Shown here one piece after another: positions 18,627 through 33,000 of a DNA stretch of 64,000 bases. The number at the start of each line of letters is the position of its first letter. The stretch's first letter is position 1. The notes beneath the pieces were generated by a model. The model was not told the origin of the DNA and made no database searches. It was given only the letters and a program-made list of their open reading frames with translations. Source of the DNA: Amoebidium appalachense (Eukaryota; Protista; Ichthyosporea); NCBI GenBank assembly GCA_963693365.1, contig CAVNZM010000003.1, forward strand, positions 7,001,312 through 7,065,311. The letters run 5' to 3'. Both the position numbers and the translations under genes were made by a program.

Positions 18627-20317
18627 TTGGCCGACGGGAAGAGGCCACAGCAGTCGTCACAACGGTAAGGCCATGCCTCCTCCCCTGCCCGTGCAAGCTG
18701 CAGACGGCACTCGGGGGTCCACACACAGGCGTAGGCCTGGTCGTTGCGGTCCCCCTTTGACCCACAGTTCTCACACCGGTTCACACAACGGTGCACCCCC
18801 ATGTTCTTGGCTTGCACGGTCTGGTTGCAGTGGTAGCAGGTGCTGAGGCTCCGACGTGCCTCCCCCGTGTGGTTGTCGTGCCGCAGGCGCTCGATGGTCG
18901 TGCTGACACTCGAGGTGATGGCTGTGAAGTGCCCCAGCTTCTGGGAGTGGGCCACGTACATGGTGCACAGCTTGGAGGGGGGCAGGGCCGTGCTCAGGTC
19001 CCCGTACCGGCGTAGCACCCTGCCCTTGCTGTCCATGTCCACCACCACCAGCCGCAGGCGGGTGACTGACTCGGGCTGCTCGGCAATGGCCGTGTTGAGG
19101 GCATCCACGGCTGCACCCAGCTCATCCACCGTCAGGCCGTCCTCTGCAGGCACGGGTAGGTCGTACTTGGCCCACAGCACGTGGGTTGCCCTCACCAGTC
19201 TCCGCAGGTAACGGTCCTGGAAGGAGGTACGGTAGTTGGGTGGGGGCATCAGCAGGTTGCACACCCCACAACCGGAAGATCTGACGACGTTGCCCACCCC
19301 CAGCACATCCCCCGGGGTCAGCAGGTGGCACAGCACGTGGTGGTCCTTGCGATCCATGAGGTTGCCCCCCTTGCCCAGCACCTTGCGTGTGTGCTCGGTG
19401 GGCAGGTTGGCCTGCTCGTTGCCATTGGCTGCCTTCTTGAGCCACATCACCATGCAGTACACCAGGCACAGCTGGGCACAGTTGGGGCCGTAGGCAAAGC
19501 CGTGAAGCTGCTGGTGGTCCAGGCAGGTCTCCCCGGTCACCTGTGGGTCGTCGGTGGTGCAGGCATCCTGCACCAGGGCGGTCACATCCACCACGGCCTT
19601 GGCCTCCACCAGATCCTGCAGCCACCGTGCATTCACCCCCGTGGTGGTGGACAGGGTGCCGCAGGCCCCCCTCCTCACCATGTCCTTGGGCCGGGCCACC
19701 GTCAGATGCACGCTGGATCGGCCGTCCATGAAGGTCTCGGCTGCACTCTGGGTACGTTGACGTATGTTCTCCATCAGCTTGAGCACCACGGCGTTGACAT
19801 CACCATTGAACACGTCCATGGGGCCGGCTGTAAACACACGACGGTTGGTCACATCGGCATTGGGGTTGCCGTCATCCCCCACCTGGTTGTCCACACCGTT
19901 GGCCTGCACGTGCAGGCTGATGATACGCACAATCAGCATGTCCCCCACCTGCACATCTGCACGGGCAATGGCATCGAACAGCATGGCAGCAAAGAACTGG
20001 GGGAACTCGGTGACGTCAAGGGTGCGCAGGGGTTGGTACTCGAGGGTGTGACCACGCACACCCAGTCCCCGTGCCTGCATGTCATCGCCACGGGAACGCA
20101 GCCGCCAGTTGCCCTCGGCGGGCATGGCGATGATCTGGGGGTCATCGGGGTGGTTGATGGGGGCGGGGGCCGGGGGGAGGCCGGGGAGGGGTGGGGGTGG
20201 GGGTGGTGGGGCCAACATGGCCTGCAGAAACGGGTGGGCTTGCAGGGTCTGTTGCGGGTCGGCATCCAGTGCCCGCAACAGGTCATCTTCAAACTCTTCC
20301 TGGCTCTCTCTGAACAT
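18605..20317 (-). CDS. N-terminal part of the pPolB polyprotein (putative terminal protein + OTU-like protease + Cys-rich Zn region), separated from the polymerase by a 1-nt frameshift
   Basis: ...RTQSAAETF...RP..RRG, GPNCAQLC (Cys) and LGHFTAI (His), then CYHC...HRCVNRCENC...RCDDCCGLFPSAKCMANH. The Cys pattern continues in the next frame (CAC AGG TGA vs CAG GTG ACC). Confidence 0.72.
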   Translation of the reverse strand: MFRESQEEFEDDLLRALDADPQQTLQAHPFLQAMLAPPPPPPPLPGLPPAPAPINHPDDPQIIAMPAEGNWRLRSRGDDMQARGLGVRGHTLEYQPLRTLDVTEFPQFFAAMLFDAIARADVQVGDMLIVRIISLHVQANGVDNQVGDDGNPNADVTNRRVFTAGPMDVFNGDVNAVVLKLMENIRQRTQSAAETFMDGRSSVHLTVARPKDMVRRGACGTLSTTTGVNARWLQDLVEAKAVVDVTALVQDACTTDDPQVTGETCLDHQQLHGFAYGPNCAQLCLVYCMVMWLKKAANGNEQANLPTEHTRKVLGKGGNLMDRKDHHVLCHLLTPGDVLGVGNVVRSSGCGVCNLLMPPPNYRTSFQDRYLRRLVRATHVLWAKYDLPVPAEDGLTVDELGAAVDALNTAIAEQPESVTRLRLVVVDMDSKGRVLRRYGDLSTALPPSKLCTMYVAHSQKLGHFTAITSSVSTTIERLRHDNHTGEARRSLSTCYHCNQTVQAKNMGVHRCVNRCENCGSKGDRNDQAYACVWTPECRLQLARAGEEAWPYRCDDCCGLFPSAKCMANHR

Positions 20318-20558
20318 CTTGAAATGTAACCTTAGATCTCAGGCTGTAATCTTATAAATCTCAAGTTATCAATCTAATTAATAATTACTAGGCTAATCCT
20401 GGCTGTGCCAGAGCAACGCCTCAATAAAGAACAGTATGCAAAATAACAAGCCTGTGCCTGTGCAATAAATCTCCAAAGCAAACATCTTGCAAAAAAACAA
20501 CGTCGGTACGTGTTTGTTTGTGTGTGTGTGTGTGGTCTCGGCGGCCGCCTGTGTACCT

Positions 20559-20767
20559 AAGGCGTCCAATAAGAGACCCAGATAGACCGATCCGGGCGCT
20601 CATTGGACGCCTTGGGGATGGAATGTGCTGTCCTTAATGCTCATTGGACGCCTTGTGCGGCAATTTGCTTTTTTAAGCCGAATTATCATTGGTCGCCCTG
20701 CGCACCCGTAATACCATTGGACGCCTTGTACATGGAATTCAGAATTCGAATTCCCATTGGACGCCTT
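20559..20767. promoter_or_regulatory. Cluster of six CCAAT-containing 13-mers upstream of the pPolB gene
   Basis: CATTGGACGCCTT at 20601, 20642, 20715 and 20755, a variant at 20687, and an inverted copy AAGGCGTCCAAT at 20559. Confidence 0.65.
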
Positions 20768-21042
20768 GCGCAAACCTTCGCATTCCTTTGATCCGCACTT
20801 GTGTACATGTACGCACCACACGTACGCGTACACGTACACGTACACGTGTTCCGCCCTCTCTCTTTAATTGTTTAATCATTTAATTAAAACCACGTGCTCT
20901 GCACGTGTTTTAAACACACACAGTGTGTGCACGTGCTCCTGTACATATATCCACCCACATCTCATATCCCATATCGCGATATGTGTACACAGATATCACA
21001 TATCTCATATCCACATATCCCATATCCTGAGGGGGGCGGATA

Positions 21043-21085
21043 ATGGTCGAGGTGACGTCATCTTTGATGACGTCACGTCGACCAT
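21043..21085. repeat. 43-bp near-perfect palindrome with two TGACGTCA (CRE/ATF-like) sites near the virus right end
   Basis: ATGGTCGA-G-GTGACGTCATC-TTT-GATGACGTCAC-G-TCGACCAT, flanked by GGGGGGCGG and CCGCGCCCC. Confidence 0.8.
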
Positions 21086-21669
21086 GTGCCGCGCCCCTAT
21101 ATGTAGTGGACTACACAGGCATTTTCGGTCTTTCGCGCGGGCGCCAGGGGGACTGCATTTTGGAATGCCATAATGATTTTTGCACTTTTCACTGTGTTTT
21201 TTACACGCATATTGACTTAAATTGACCACCGTATTGCCTTATTTTTTGCTGGTTGCCTGCCGGTTCATTTATGGAGCTGTGGCAGCGTTTGACTTGGTGG
21301 CTTGTGATCGACTGAATTCTGAAGGATTGGCATCGCTGCTTGCAAAGGAATTGCGGCATTATGGATTGCCATTTGAAATCGGATCTGGATTGCCATCCAT
21401 TGAAATCAATCCGGTTTGACAATTTCGTGATTGCGCTTCGCTGGTAAACCAGATCAAACCAGCCACACTTCTGAAGAGAATAAAAGACCCGCGTTTGAAC
21501 ACTCTTCACACAGTTTTTTCACTGTTCTCCCTCCTCACTTGTCTGTATTTATTTATACACGTCCTTCCATTCTGGCCTATGTAAAAAAACGTGGAGAGCT
21601 CCATTCTTTCATATGGCACAACTCCGTATTTTTGTAAAGCATAACACCCTCTTCTTTATAGCAACTGTT

Positions 21670-21788
21670 GGTTACGGCCATACCTAGCAGAAAGCACCCC
21701 ATCTCGTCCGATCTGGGTAGTTAAACTGCTATGGGCGTGGTTAGTACTGCGGTGGGGGACCACGCGGGAATACCACGTGCTGTAATCT
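21670..21788 (+). rRNA. 5S ribosomal RNA
   Basis: GGTTACGGCCATAC...CTCGTCCGATCT...GTTAGTACT...GGGAATACCACGTGCTGTAATC; 119 nt; terminal helix GGTTACGGC/GCTGTAATC; followed by a T-run (Pol III terminator). Confidence 0.95.
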
Positions 21789-21799
21789 TTTGCCTTTTG

Positions 21800-24598
<2,799 letters not shown>

Positions 24599-25398
24599 CT
24601 CCTACCTCCTTTGTTATGATCCACCCCTTCCCCTTCCCCAGTTCGGTTTCCCTTCAATCCCCACCTCCCTCCGGTGCTTAAACGACTATAAAACATGGCT
24701 GCTTAAATCCCCCCCCCCCCCCCCCCAAAAAAAAATGCACGTTCCCCCCTCATCCCCCACGTAGAAATAAATCTATCTCCAGGCTAAAATACCCGAGATT
24801 CCGGGTATTTCATCAGTATGAATGAATATGAATAGTCAATACATCTCTTGGTAGAATCGAGAGCAACGTACCCATCACTACAAACATGGATGCCGCTCTT
24901 GCAGGTGAAGTGCTATCACATTGAGGTTTTGTGAGAGGGTAGGCACGTGTCCTAGCTACACACTGCAATCGAAAATTCTAGGAAAAATGCTAAAAATAGA
25001 CACCAGTGAGCTGCCGCTCGGCGATCATGCAGAAAAGTGTCCACAATTTCAACGTTTTATTGTAGCCGTGGCAGCGTCCGTCGGAAAGGCAAAACAACAG
25101 AACAGACTTAACTTTACAACAAAACAAAAAGAAACAGTTACGGGGCGGAGAAATGCTCTATGCATACCTGACTATCTGCGCATCGCAATTGTGATATTAA
25201 TTGGGGGTTTACGCTGTTTACTCGAGGCAAAGAGAACCAGTCTCAGGTATGGGGGGGGGGGTTTTGCTCGGAATATCCCCTCAGCGGTATATCATGATCA
25301 CGTACATAGATGTCGGGTGGTGACTATATATCAGGGTTTACTTTCTCTACGAGACACCATAAAGACTACAAGGAGAAATCAATTAGTTGGGGTTCCCC

Positions 25399-25400
<2 letters not shown>

Positions 25401-25440
<40 letters not shown>

Positions 25441-25472
25441 GGGCTCCCCTCGGGACACTCGGTATCAGCTGG

Positions 25473-25529
<57 letters not shown>

Positions 25530-27326
25530 TGTGTGTGTGTGCGCGTGCGCTATAATTTTGTAGTGATGTGTTTCTCAAGCCAATCAATACACCTAATAAA
25601 CAGGTCGTAGTTACGCGTGTTTAGTATAAAATCAAGGATGTTGTAATTTACAGGTAGGCTATCTTTCTGGGTGTCTGTTGTGAATGTGACGTGTGTGTGT
25701 TGCGGTATTATGTGGTCTATCAAACTACATTTGGCGATACATGACCGGTTAAACTGGTGTGTGTGTGTGTTGTTTGGGCATGCAAATGATGCCACCTTAT
25801 ACTTATTAGATCTCCACTGTATAGCACGTGTACAGTAAAAGCGTGGTAATTGATCAATAATACCATCAGCTAGAGAAAGACCAGTTCTACAGGAAGGTAA
25901 TATGTATTTAGGTGTTATACACTTGCGAGTGCCATATTTGACAATATGGTTGAGGCGGTCAGTATATATAAAACGAGACATAAGGCTTAGTTTTTCAAGG
26001 TGTATGCTTTCATCGGGTCTAGTGTCGTGTGGTATCTTTTTCCATTTGTTATATTGCGTGATTATCTTGTGATTGTGTACATGTTTAATAAGTAAGTGGC
26101 AGTCCAAAGTCACACACACACTATTGCGGGGTTTATTTGTATTTGTGCCCAGGGGAGAAGGGGAGAGAGAGGGGAGGAAAGAGGGGAGAGGTGAGGAGGG
26201 GACAGGTCGGATAGAGAAGAGAGGGTGGGAGGGCAAATACTTCTTTAAGCGGCTTATGTGCTTATTGAATTTCAGCGCGAGATAGGATACTCTAGCAGCT
26301 ATTGGGACCAGACCATATATCGAGAGCGTTACAGGCCCAGGTTTACAACAGTTGTTAGATAGAAAGGAGGCAACTTCTGCTTCAAGGAAATTTGCCAAGG
26401 GTTTAAGTGCTCTAGTTCTCTCTTTCTTGATCCAAGCGGCGAGAAGGGGTAAACCATATTCACATGCCGGGAAGACAAAAGTGCGAATAAATGTAAGTCT
26501 AATAGAAGGATGGAGGGGTGTGTCTTTAAAAATATTAGCCGAGAAGAAAGCTAACCGCTTACGAGCCAACTCTACCCTCTTTTCGACCATATGGGGAAAC
26601 ATAACACCAACAGAATCAACCGGAACACCAAGATATTTGTATTCTGGAACTATAGGTACAGGTTTAGATGATAATGTAAATGTGTGTAAATTGTTAGCTA
26701 TATCAGGTACAAGAACACCACATTTGTCTATGTTAAGGATCATAAGGTTTGCCTTGCACCACTCTGACACTACATCGAACAATCTTTGCAGGCGTCTAGG
26801 GGTACGGGCAAGGAGGGACAGATCATCAGCATAGAGAAGTGCAGGCGGAAAGTTATTAATAGGGTCATCGTTTTCGGCGTAAATCTTGACAGCCAAATCA
26901 TCTATAAATAGGTTAAACAAAAAGGGGCTAAGCAATGAACCCTGCAAGAGACCTCTAGTACGAGCAAAACCATATGAAAGATGCCCATTAACCACAGCTC
27001 TACCATAGGTTTGAGACAAGAGTGCTTCTAACAGAACACCAATGCAGTGTGGTACACCCCGTGCAGCAAGCTTTTCCCATAGGAGACCAGGGGAGACAGA
27101 ATCGTAAGCAGTTTTCCAATCAATAAAGCCAACATATTGTGCACCAACTTGCATAGAATCGTGCAGTGCCATTATTTGAACATAACATGAATTGTTTTTA
27201 CGAAAAGCGGATTGGCATGGGTGTATGTGAAGAATAGATTGAAACCTAGGGTGATGTGCAAATAACCTAAGTAAGCAAGCTTCAAAGAATCTACGAACAA
27301 CCTGGGTTAGTGTAATGGGGCGATAT
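25401..27326 (-). mobile_element. 5'-truncated non-LTR (LINE) retrotransposon with poly(A) tail
   Basis: T36 at 25401-25436 is the tail; a short 3' UTR carries (CA)n; the RT frame runs back to YRPITL at ~27325, where it breaks; no TSD found. Confidence 0.88.
25550..27325 (-). pseudogene. LINE reverse transcriptase (endonuclease domain missing)
   Basis: YRPITL, QSAFR, FIDWKTAYDSV, GLLQGSLLSPFLFNLFIDDL, LYADD, YKYLGV, C-terminal Cys/His segment. Confidence 0.9.
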
Positions 27327-28566
27327 TAATTGTCGTGATACTCGACCCAATCACACTAAATAAACAGGTTTTCGATTCTCTTCAGTCATGCTAATGATTT
27401 CGCCGAAACATAAACAGCATTCCATTGTGATTGTCTTGGCGTTGATGTTCTTTTTGTCTTCTCAGTACCATTTTACGTGGCGTTTTCAATTGAAACCGCT
27501 CAAAAGAGTTATCGGTTATGATGACAAAACCATATATTTATCCTCTTACTTGGACCTTTTTGCATTGGCACGGTTACCTAACGAGTGATTGGCTTAGACC
27601 TCATCATCCACTAATTAACCGGTCATTATAATGCTTTTTATTCGAACAAATCGATTTCTGGAAAATATAAGGTAAAAGGGTTATATTCCTATTCTTATAA
27701 GTACGTAAATAATGCACAATATACATCAAATTCAAACTGTCATGTCAGTGGTAAAAACTAAGCGTTAATTACACTGCATATCGGCGGTTTGGGAGGTGGG
27801 CAAAACAACCAATGTTGGTCGGTTATCAAGGTGATCAATGACCGAATTCCGATGACGACTTCGTGCCCGTGGGTATCAAGCCCGAAAACTCAGAAAATTT
27901 TGAAGGTATTTTTTCAAGCCCCGATGTATTTTGGGTTTCGGGTTACGATATTCCGAGCGTCGGGGTGCGATCTGATTGGATGACGACACGACCTTTAACT
28001 TCAGTTAGTCTTGCCGTGATTGGCCTAGAGCGCACTCACCGAAATAACCAGGGTATGGACATTTCTATTGGGTTAGAGGAATCGAATAACCGGGTTAATG
28101 GGTGAGTGCGCTGCTAGCCAATCAAAGGAAAATGAGCCTGAAATGTGAATGTAATGATATATGAATCAAATAACCGAGTTAAAGTTTGCATAATGTATCA
28201 ATAAAGTGAATGCTAAATCTTTATGGGTCATATCGTAACCGGATCATGTCGGCTCGTGTCCTCGCTGGACCTCGTTATTTCGGCTCGCCTTGTCGATTAT
28301 TTTGGCTCGCCTATCGGCTCGCCAAAATAACCGACGGCTCGCCGAAATAACTTCGGTCTCGCTCGGCCACTCGCCCCATGACTCCTGATTATGGTATTTT
28401 TCGTACCATGTCATTTGGCGGGGCACTGTTTGCGCAATCCAACCTCGGGAGTTGGCTCCGTATCTTGCGGGCATATGTCTTATGAGGGGCGTGCGGCACG
28501 CGCAGATGTGTGTATGTGATGCTTCGTGTTTTATAATATATATGTGCATATGTGTTTGTGTGGGTT

Positions 28567-28830
<264 letters not shown>

Positions 28831-29231
28831 TGGAGCTCCCGGGCCCCAGCACAGATCAATCTAACTTGAATAGATGGTGACGCACGCAAAGTGGGACTCA
28901 ACAACGTTGATAAATAGCATCAGCATTCTCCATCAATACTATGGCAGAAAGAAATACAGTCTGATATATGTAAAACATAACACGTGTTGTGGTTGATACC
29001 GTTTTGTTGGCCTTAAAAAGATACAGAAGTGTTTCAGTGAATAAGTTTTTTTTTTTGTTTTGTTTTTTTTTTTTTCTTTTTTTTTTTCCTCCCCCTTCCC
29101 TTCGTTATCATGCTGATCCTTTTTTTCCCTTCGTTTTTTTCTCTTAACATCAATTTTAGAGTCGTATAAAGGTAAGAATATGTACATGTAAGTAGGAGAC
29201 TGAGTCTAGTATCGTCTCAACACTGTGTAAT

Positions 29232-29952
29232 TGTCATCTTCACTTGATTCTCAGCAAGACTTAGAAGTTGAGTTTTGTATTTATTTATTAGTTGTTGTAG
29301 TTTGTTTCCTTTTCCTTTCTTCATTTCTTTCTTTCTTTTCCGTTTCCGTGTACACGACATCTTAGATCTGTGTACGTATCGACATACTTAGCTCGCGCAC
29401 ACGTATTGTCGTTTGCGTCAAAATCTATATATGTCATCCAATCATATCTCGTTTGTATTTTCCCAAATATAGTAACTTACATTCCTTTCTCATTCCTTTC
29501 CCACGACGTAGCATTGTGCTATGTTCTCCAACTATTAGGAATAATTATATTTAGACGTGTTATGATAAGAACATGTATAAATGTATGTTATGAATTAATA
29601 GTAACTTACATAAGTGGTTTCATTTTGTTAAATGTTTCCGTGCTTTTATTAGAAGTTTCTTTCATTAGAGGATTGAATTTTATATTCTATGTGTCGACAG
29701 ACATTTTAATCGATATATTTTACACTCATAGTTTTCGTCCTTTTGATTGGTTTATCGTTTCACATTCCCAAGTATAAAAGGGACTTCATCTTGAAATAAA
29801 TCATAAGCAGTCGTATTCATTTCCTATGGTTCCAGAAATCGTTCCTCCTCTCCGGTTGTGTTTTTCCCGTGTGTCTCTGTGTTGTGTATATCATAACACC
29901 CATTTGCCAACAGTGTGCTCTCTGCTTCTCCGTTTACCCACACAAAATAACA
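29232..29952 (+). repeat. 5' LTR of Copia-B
   Basis: TGTCATC...TAACA; differs from the 3' LTR by about two substitutions and two short indels (by eye). Confidence 0.95.
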
Positions 29953-30027
29953 GGTTTACGGCCCCTTTGCACGCTAACACACAATCTCGTTACAACCGCG
30001 AAATCTCTCAGTCTTACTGCTTCAATC

Positions 30028-33000
30028 ATGACTGACAAACCGTCGTATATCAACCTTCCAATATGGAATCCGTCCGAGAAACGAGACGAGAAACGTCTTA
30101 ATTATTTCGAGTGGGAGCCACTCATTCACCGGTTCATTAGAACAACCATTGCCGAGAAATTCGTTGACGCTATCAAGAGGCCACAGTGGGTTGACGGCGC
30201 TGAAGCCAACCAGTGGCTAGGCTACGCCACCAAGGACTCCTACAAGAAAGCTTCCGACGTCCTCGACCAGATCCTCAACCAGTCCGTCCACCCGACCGAG
30301 CTCTACGACTCCGGCCGGATGCAAGACGGTGTCCACGGTGGTGAAGTCTTCCACAACCTACGTATGGCGTATGTAGCAGAGAAGGAGGCCCGAGTCACCC
30401 AGATCCAAGTCACCTTCGAGGAGCTTGAACTACGAGACTACCCCAACGTCACAGCATACCTCACCCGTCTCCAACGTCTGGCTACGACACTTGCCTGCCT
30501 CGACGAGCCCGTCCAGCACAAGGATGTCGTACGTAAGTTCTTCCTTCACCTCAGGAAGAACACGGCCCTGGTCTGCTCCGACATTGAACGTCTCTGCTCC
30601 GACTACTGGATGAACAACAAGGCCTACCCGTCCTTCAACCAGCTCATCAGTGACATCCGAGGAGCTGAAATCCGTGCCGGCCTCATCGACGCAGGCACAG
30701 GTGCAACCGTCAACAACCGTCCCCTCCGTGCACTCCAGAGCAGAGTGCTTCCCCCCGGTGACCTCCGTAACCGTATTCCTCGACGTGAGCATACACCTCA
30801 CCGATCCCCGTCCCGTTCCCGTGATCCTCGTCCTTCCTCCAAGTCACCCGGCCCCCGTTCAACTTCCCCTTACCACCGTGGTAACAGGGACAACCGTAAC
30901 CGACAGCACAACACCAAGAAGGTGGAGTGTTCCTACTGCCATGAGCCCCACCACATCACAGCATGCCCGGAGCCTGGCTGTACTGTTGCTCGTCGTGCCA
31001 AGCAGGAGAAAGGCGACAAGAGTGTGAAATTTGCACTCATCTCCTCCACCGGCACACCTGACAGTAACGACCCCGTCTGGGACAGTGCTTGTAATGCACA
31101 CATCTGCCCCATCAAGGAGTATTTCTCCTCCCTTACCCCGTGTCCTCCCACCCCCATTCACGGCCTCGGCACAGTCAATGCCAAACAACGTGGCATCATC
31201 AACATGACACTGCACTACAACGGCCACCCAACACCGTGCAGCATCAATGCTTACTACGTACCCGAGTCACCGTCTTTCCTCGTGTCTACCTCCATGGCCT
31301 CAGCTGCCGGCCTCCTAGGTCATTGTGACGATACAGACAACCACCCGTCGTTCCTCTACAGCCGTAATGGTGACATCATTTCAGATCTCACCCCCCTCGA
31401 CGGTCTCTACTACATCACTGACTATGTGATTGAGACTCCTAAACACCCGGGGGTCCAAGCCTACACAGCAAGGACTCAACCACCCGCCGACCTCACCCTT
31501 TGGCACAACCGTCTCGGCCACCGTGCCCTCTCCACCGTCACCAGGATGGCCAAAGATGAGCTTGTCATCGGCATGCCCCCCTCCCTCAAGTCACCCGACA
31601 ACAGTGACTGCTTCGGCTGCATGTCTGGCAAGACCACCAAGGCCCCCTTTCCCGGCACCCGTTCCAAGTTCACCATTCCCGGTGCTAAGTGGCACCTGGA
31701 CTTCTTCGAAGCTCCCTGTGCTTCCTACGGAGGCTACAAGGTTGCTCTGGTGTGTGTTTGTGATGCCACCGGTTACACCACCGTGTTCCCCCTCTACAAC
31801 CGTGGTGAAACCCTCAGCCACATTCAGTCTCTCGTTGAAACCATCGAACGTCAGACACCTGAGATCGTCACCCATCTTCGGTTTGACTCCGGCTCTGAGT
31901 TCACCCGGCCTCCAAGGACACCGAGGCCTACTGCAAGCAGAAAGGCATCATCATGGAGTTTGCCCCCGTCGACACACCACAACACAACGGTGTTGTTGAA
32001 CGGAAGATGAGAGAACTGCAAGAGACAGTCCGTTGCTTCCTCCATGCCGACAAGGACCAACCTCTCTCTCCCAAGTTGTGGGTTGCTGCTCTCAAGCATG
32101 CAGGCTACATCATCAACGTCACACCGTCATCTGCTGCCAACGGCAACACTCCCTTCGAGGCCTTCCACGGCTTCAAACCCGACGTCTCCCAGCTCCACGT
32201 GTTCGGCTCCCCTGCCTATGTGCATGTTCCCCGGTCAAAGAGGAACAAGCTGGCATCAACCGTCAGAGTCGGCACCTACGTCGGCTGGGACCTGCCCTCC
32301 AAGGCACACAAGATCCTCGACCATGCCAGCAACCAAATCAAGATCTGCCGTGATGTGATCTTCGACGAGTCGAAATTCACGAGCAGCACCAATCAGGTCT
32401 CCGTTCCCCCCAAACCCGATCTGCCGACATTGGACCCCCCCTCCGACGACGACGATGAAACTCCGTCTGTGGTCATCTCCCAACCGTCCTGGCACAACCA
32501 ACCAGCCCCGGTTGAACCCGTGCCTCCCCCGAGCCCCCCCCCCCACTGGCCAACAACCCTTGCTGCCGGCCCCCCCCGTTGCTGTACATCAACCCGGCTA
32601 CATGACTCCGGTTCGTCCTGGGTCCCCCACCTTCCACTCGGCCTCGAGCAGCCCTGTGGACACCGATGCCCCCCTCACCACCGGTCCTATTCCTGGCTTC
32701 CATGCCCCTATCCCGGCCTCCACCACCTACTACCCGGCCACCACCCCCCTCAAGGACCCCCCCAAGCCCAACCTTCGTCGGTCTACACGTCTCACCAAGA
32801 CTCCAACGGCACTGGTCAGCATCATAGCACCGACCATCAACATTGACCAGCTCCCCAAGGGCATTCAAAAGCTTTGCAACGGTCCCAACGGTGATGCCGT
32901 CATAGCTGCCCTCACCTCCGAGTACCAAGCCTTCATCACCAAGGATGTCTTCACCATTGTTGATCCCCCCCCTAGTGCCAACATCATCAAGTTCAAGTGG

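Larger units (their letters stand above)
1156..21115. mobile_element. Endogenous Polinton-like / adintovirus-like dsDNA virus; left end truncated, internally interrupted
   Basis: GC-rich, intron-less, tightly packed ORFs including penton, A32-like ATPase, DJR major capsid, VLTF3 and pPolB. Sharp composition change at ~1155. Right boundary is approximate (repeat/hairpin-rich 20.55-21.1 kb). Confidence 0.9.

Noticed and set aside
21190-21196. CACTGTG (RSS/Transib-like heptamer) as the virus terminus
   Set aside because: A single 7-mer with no partner end, TSD or transposase; expected by chance.
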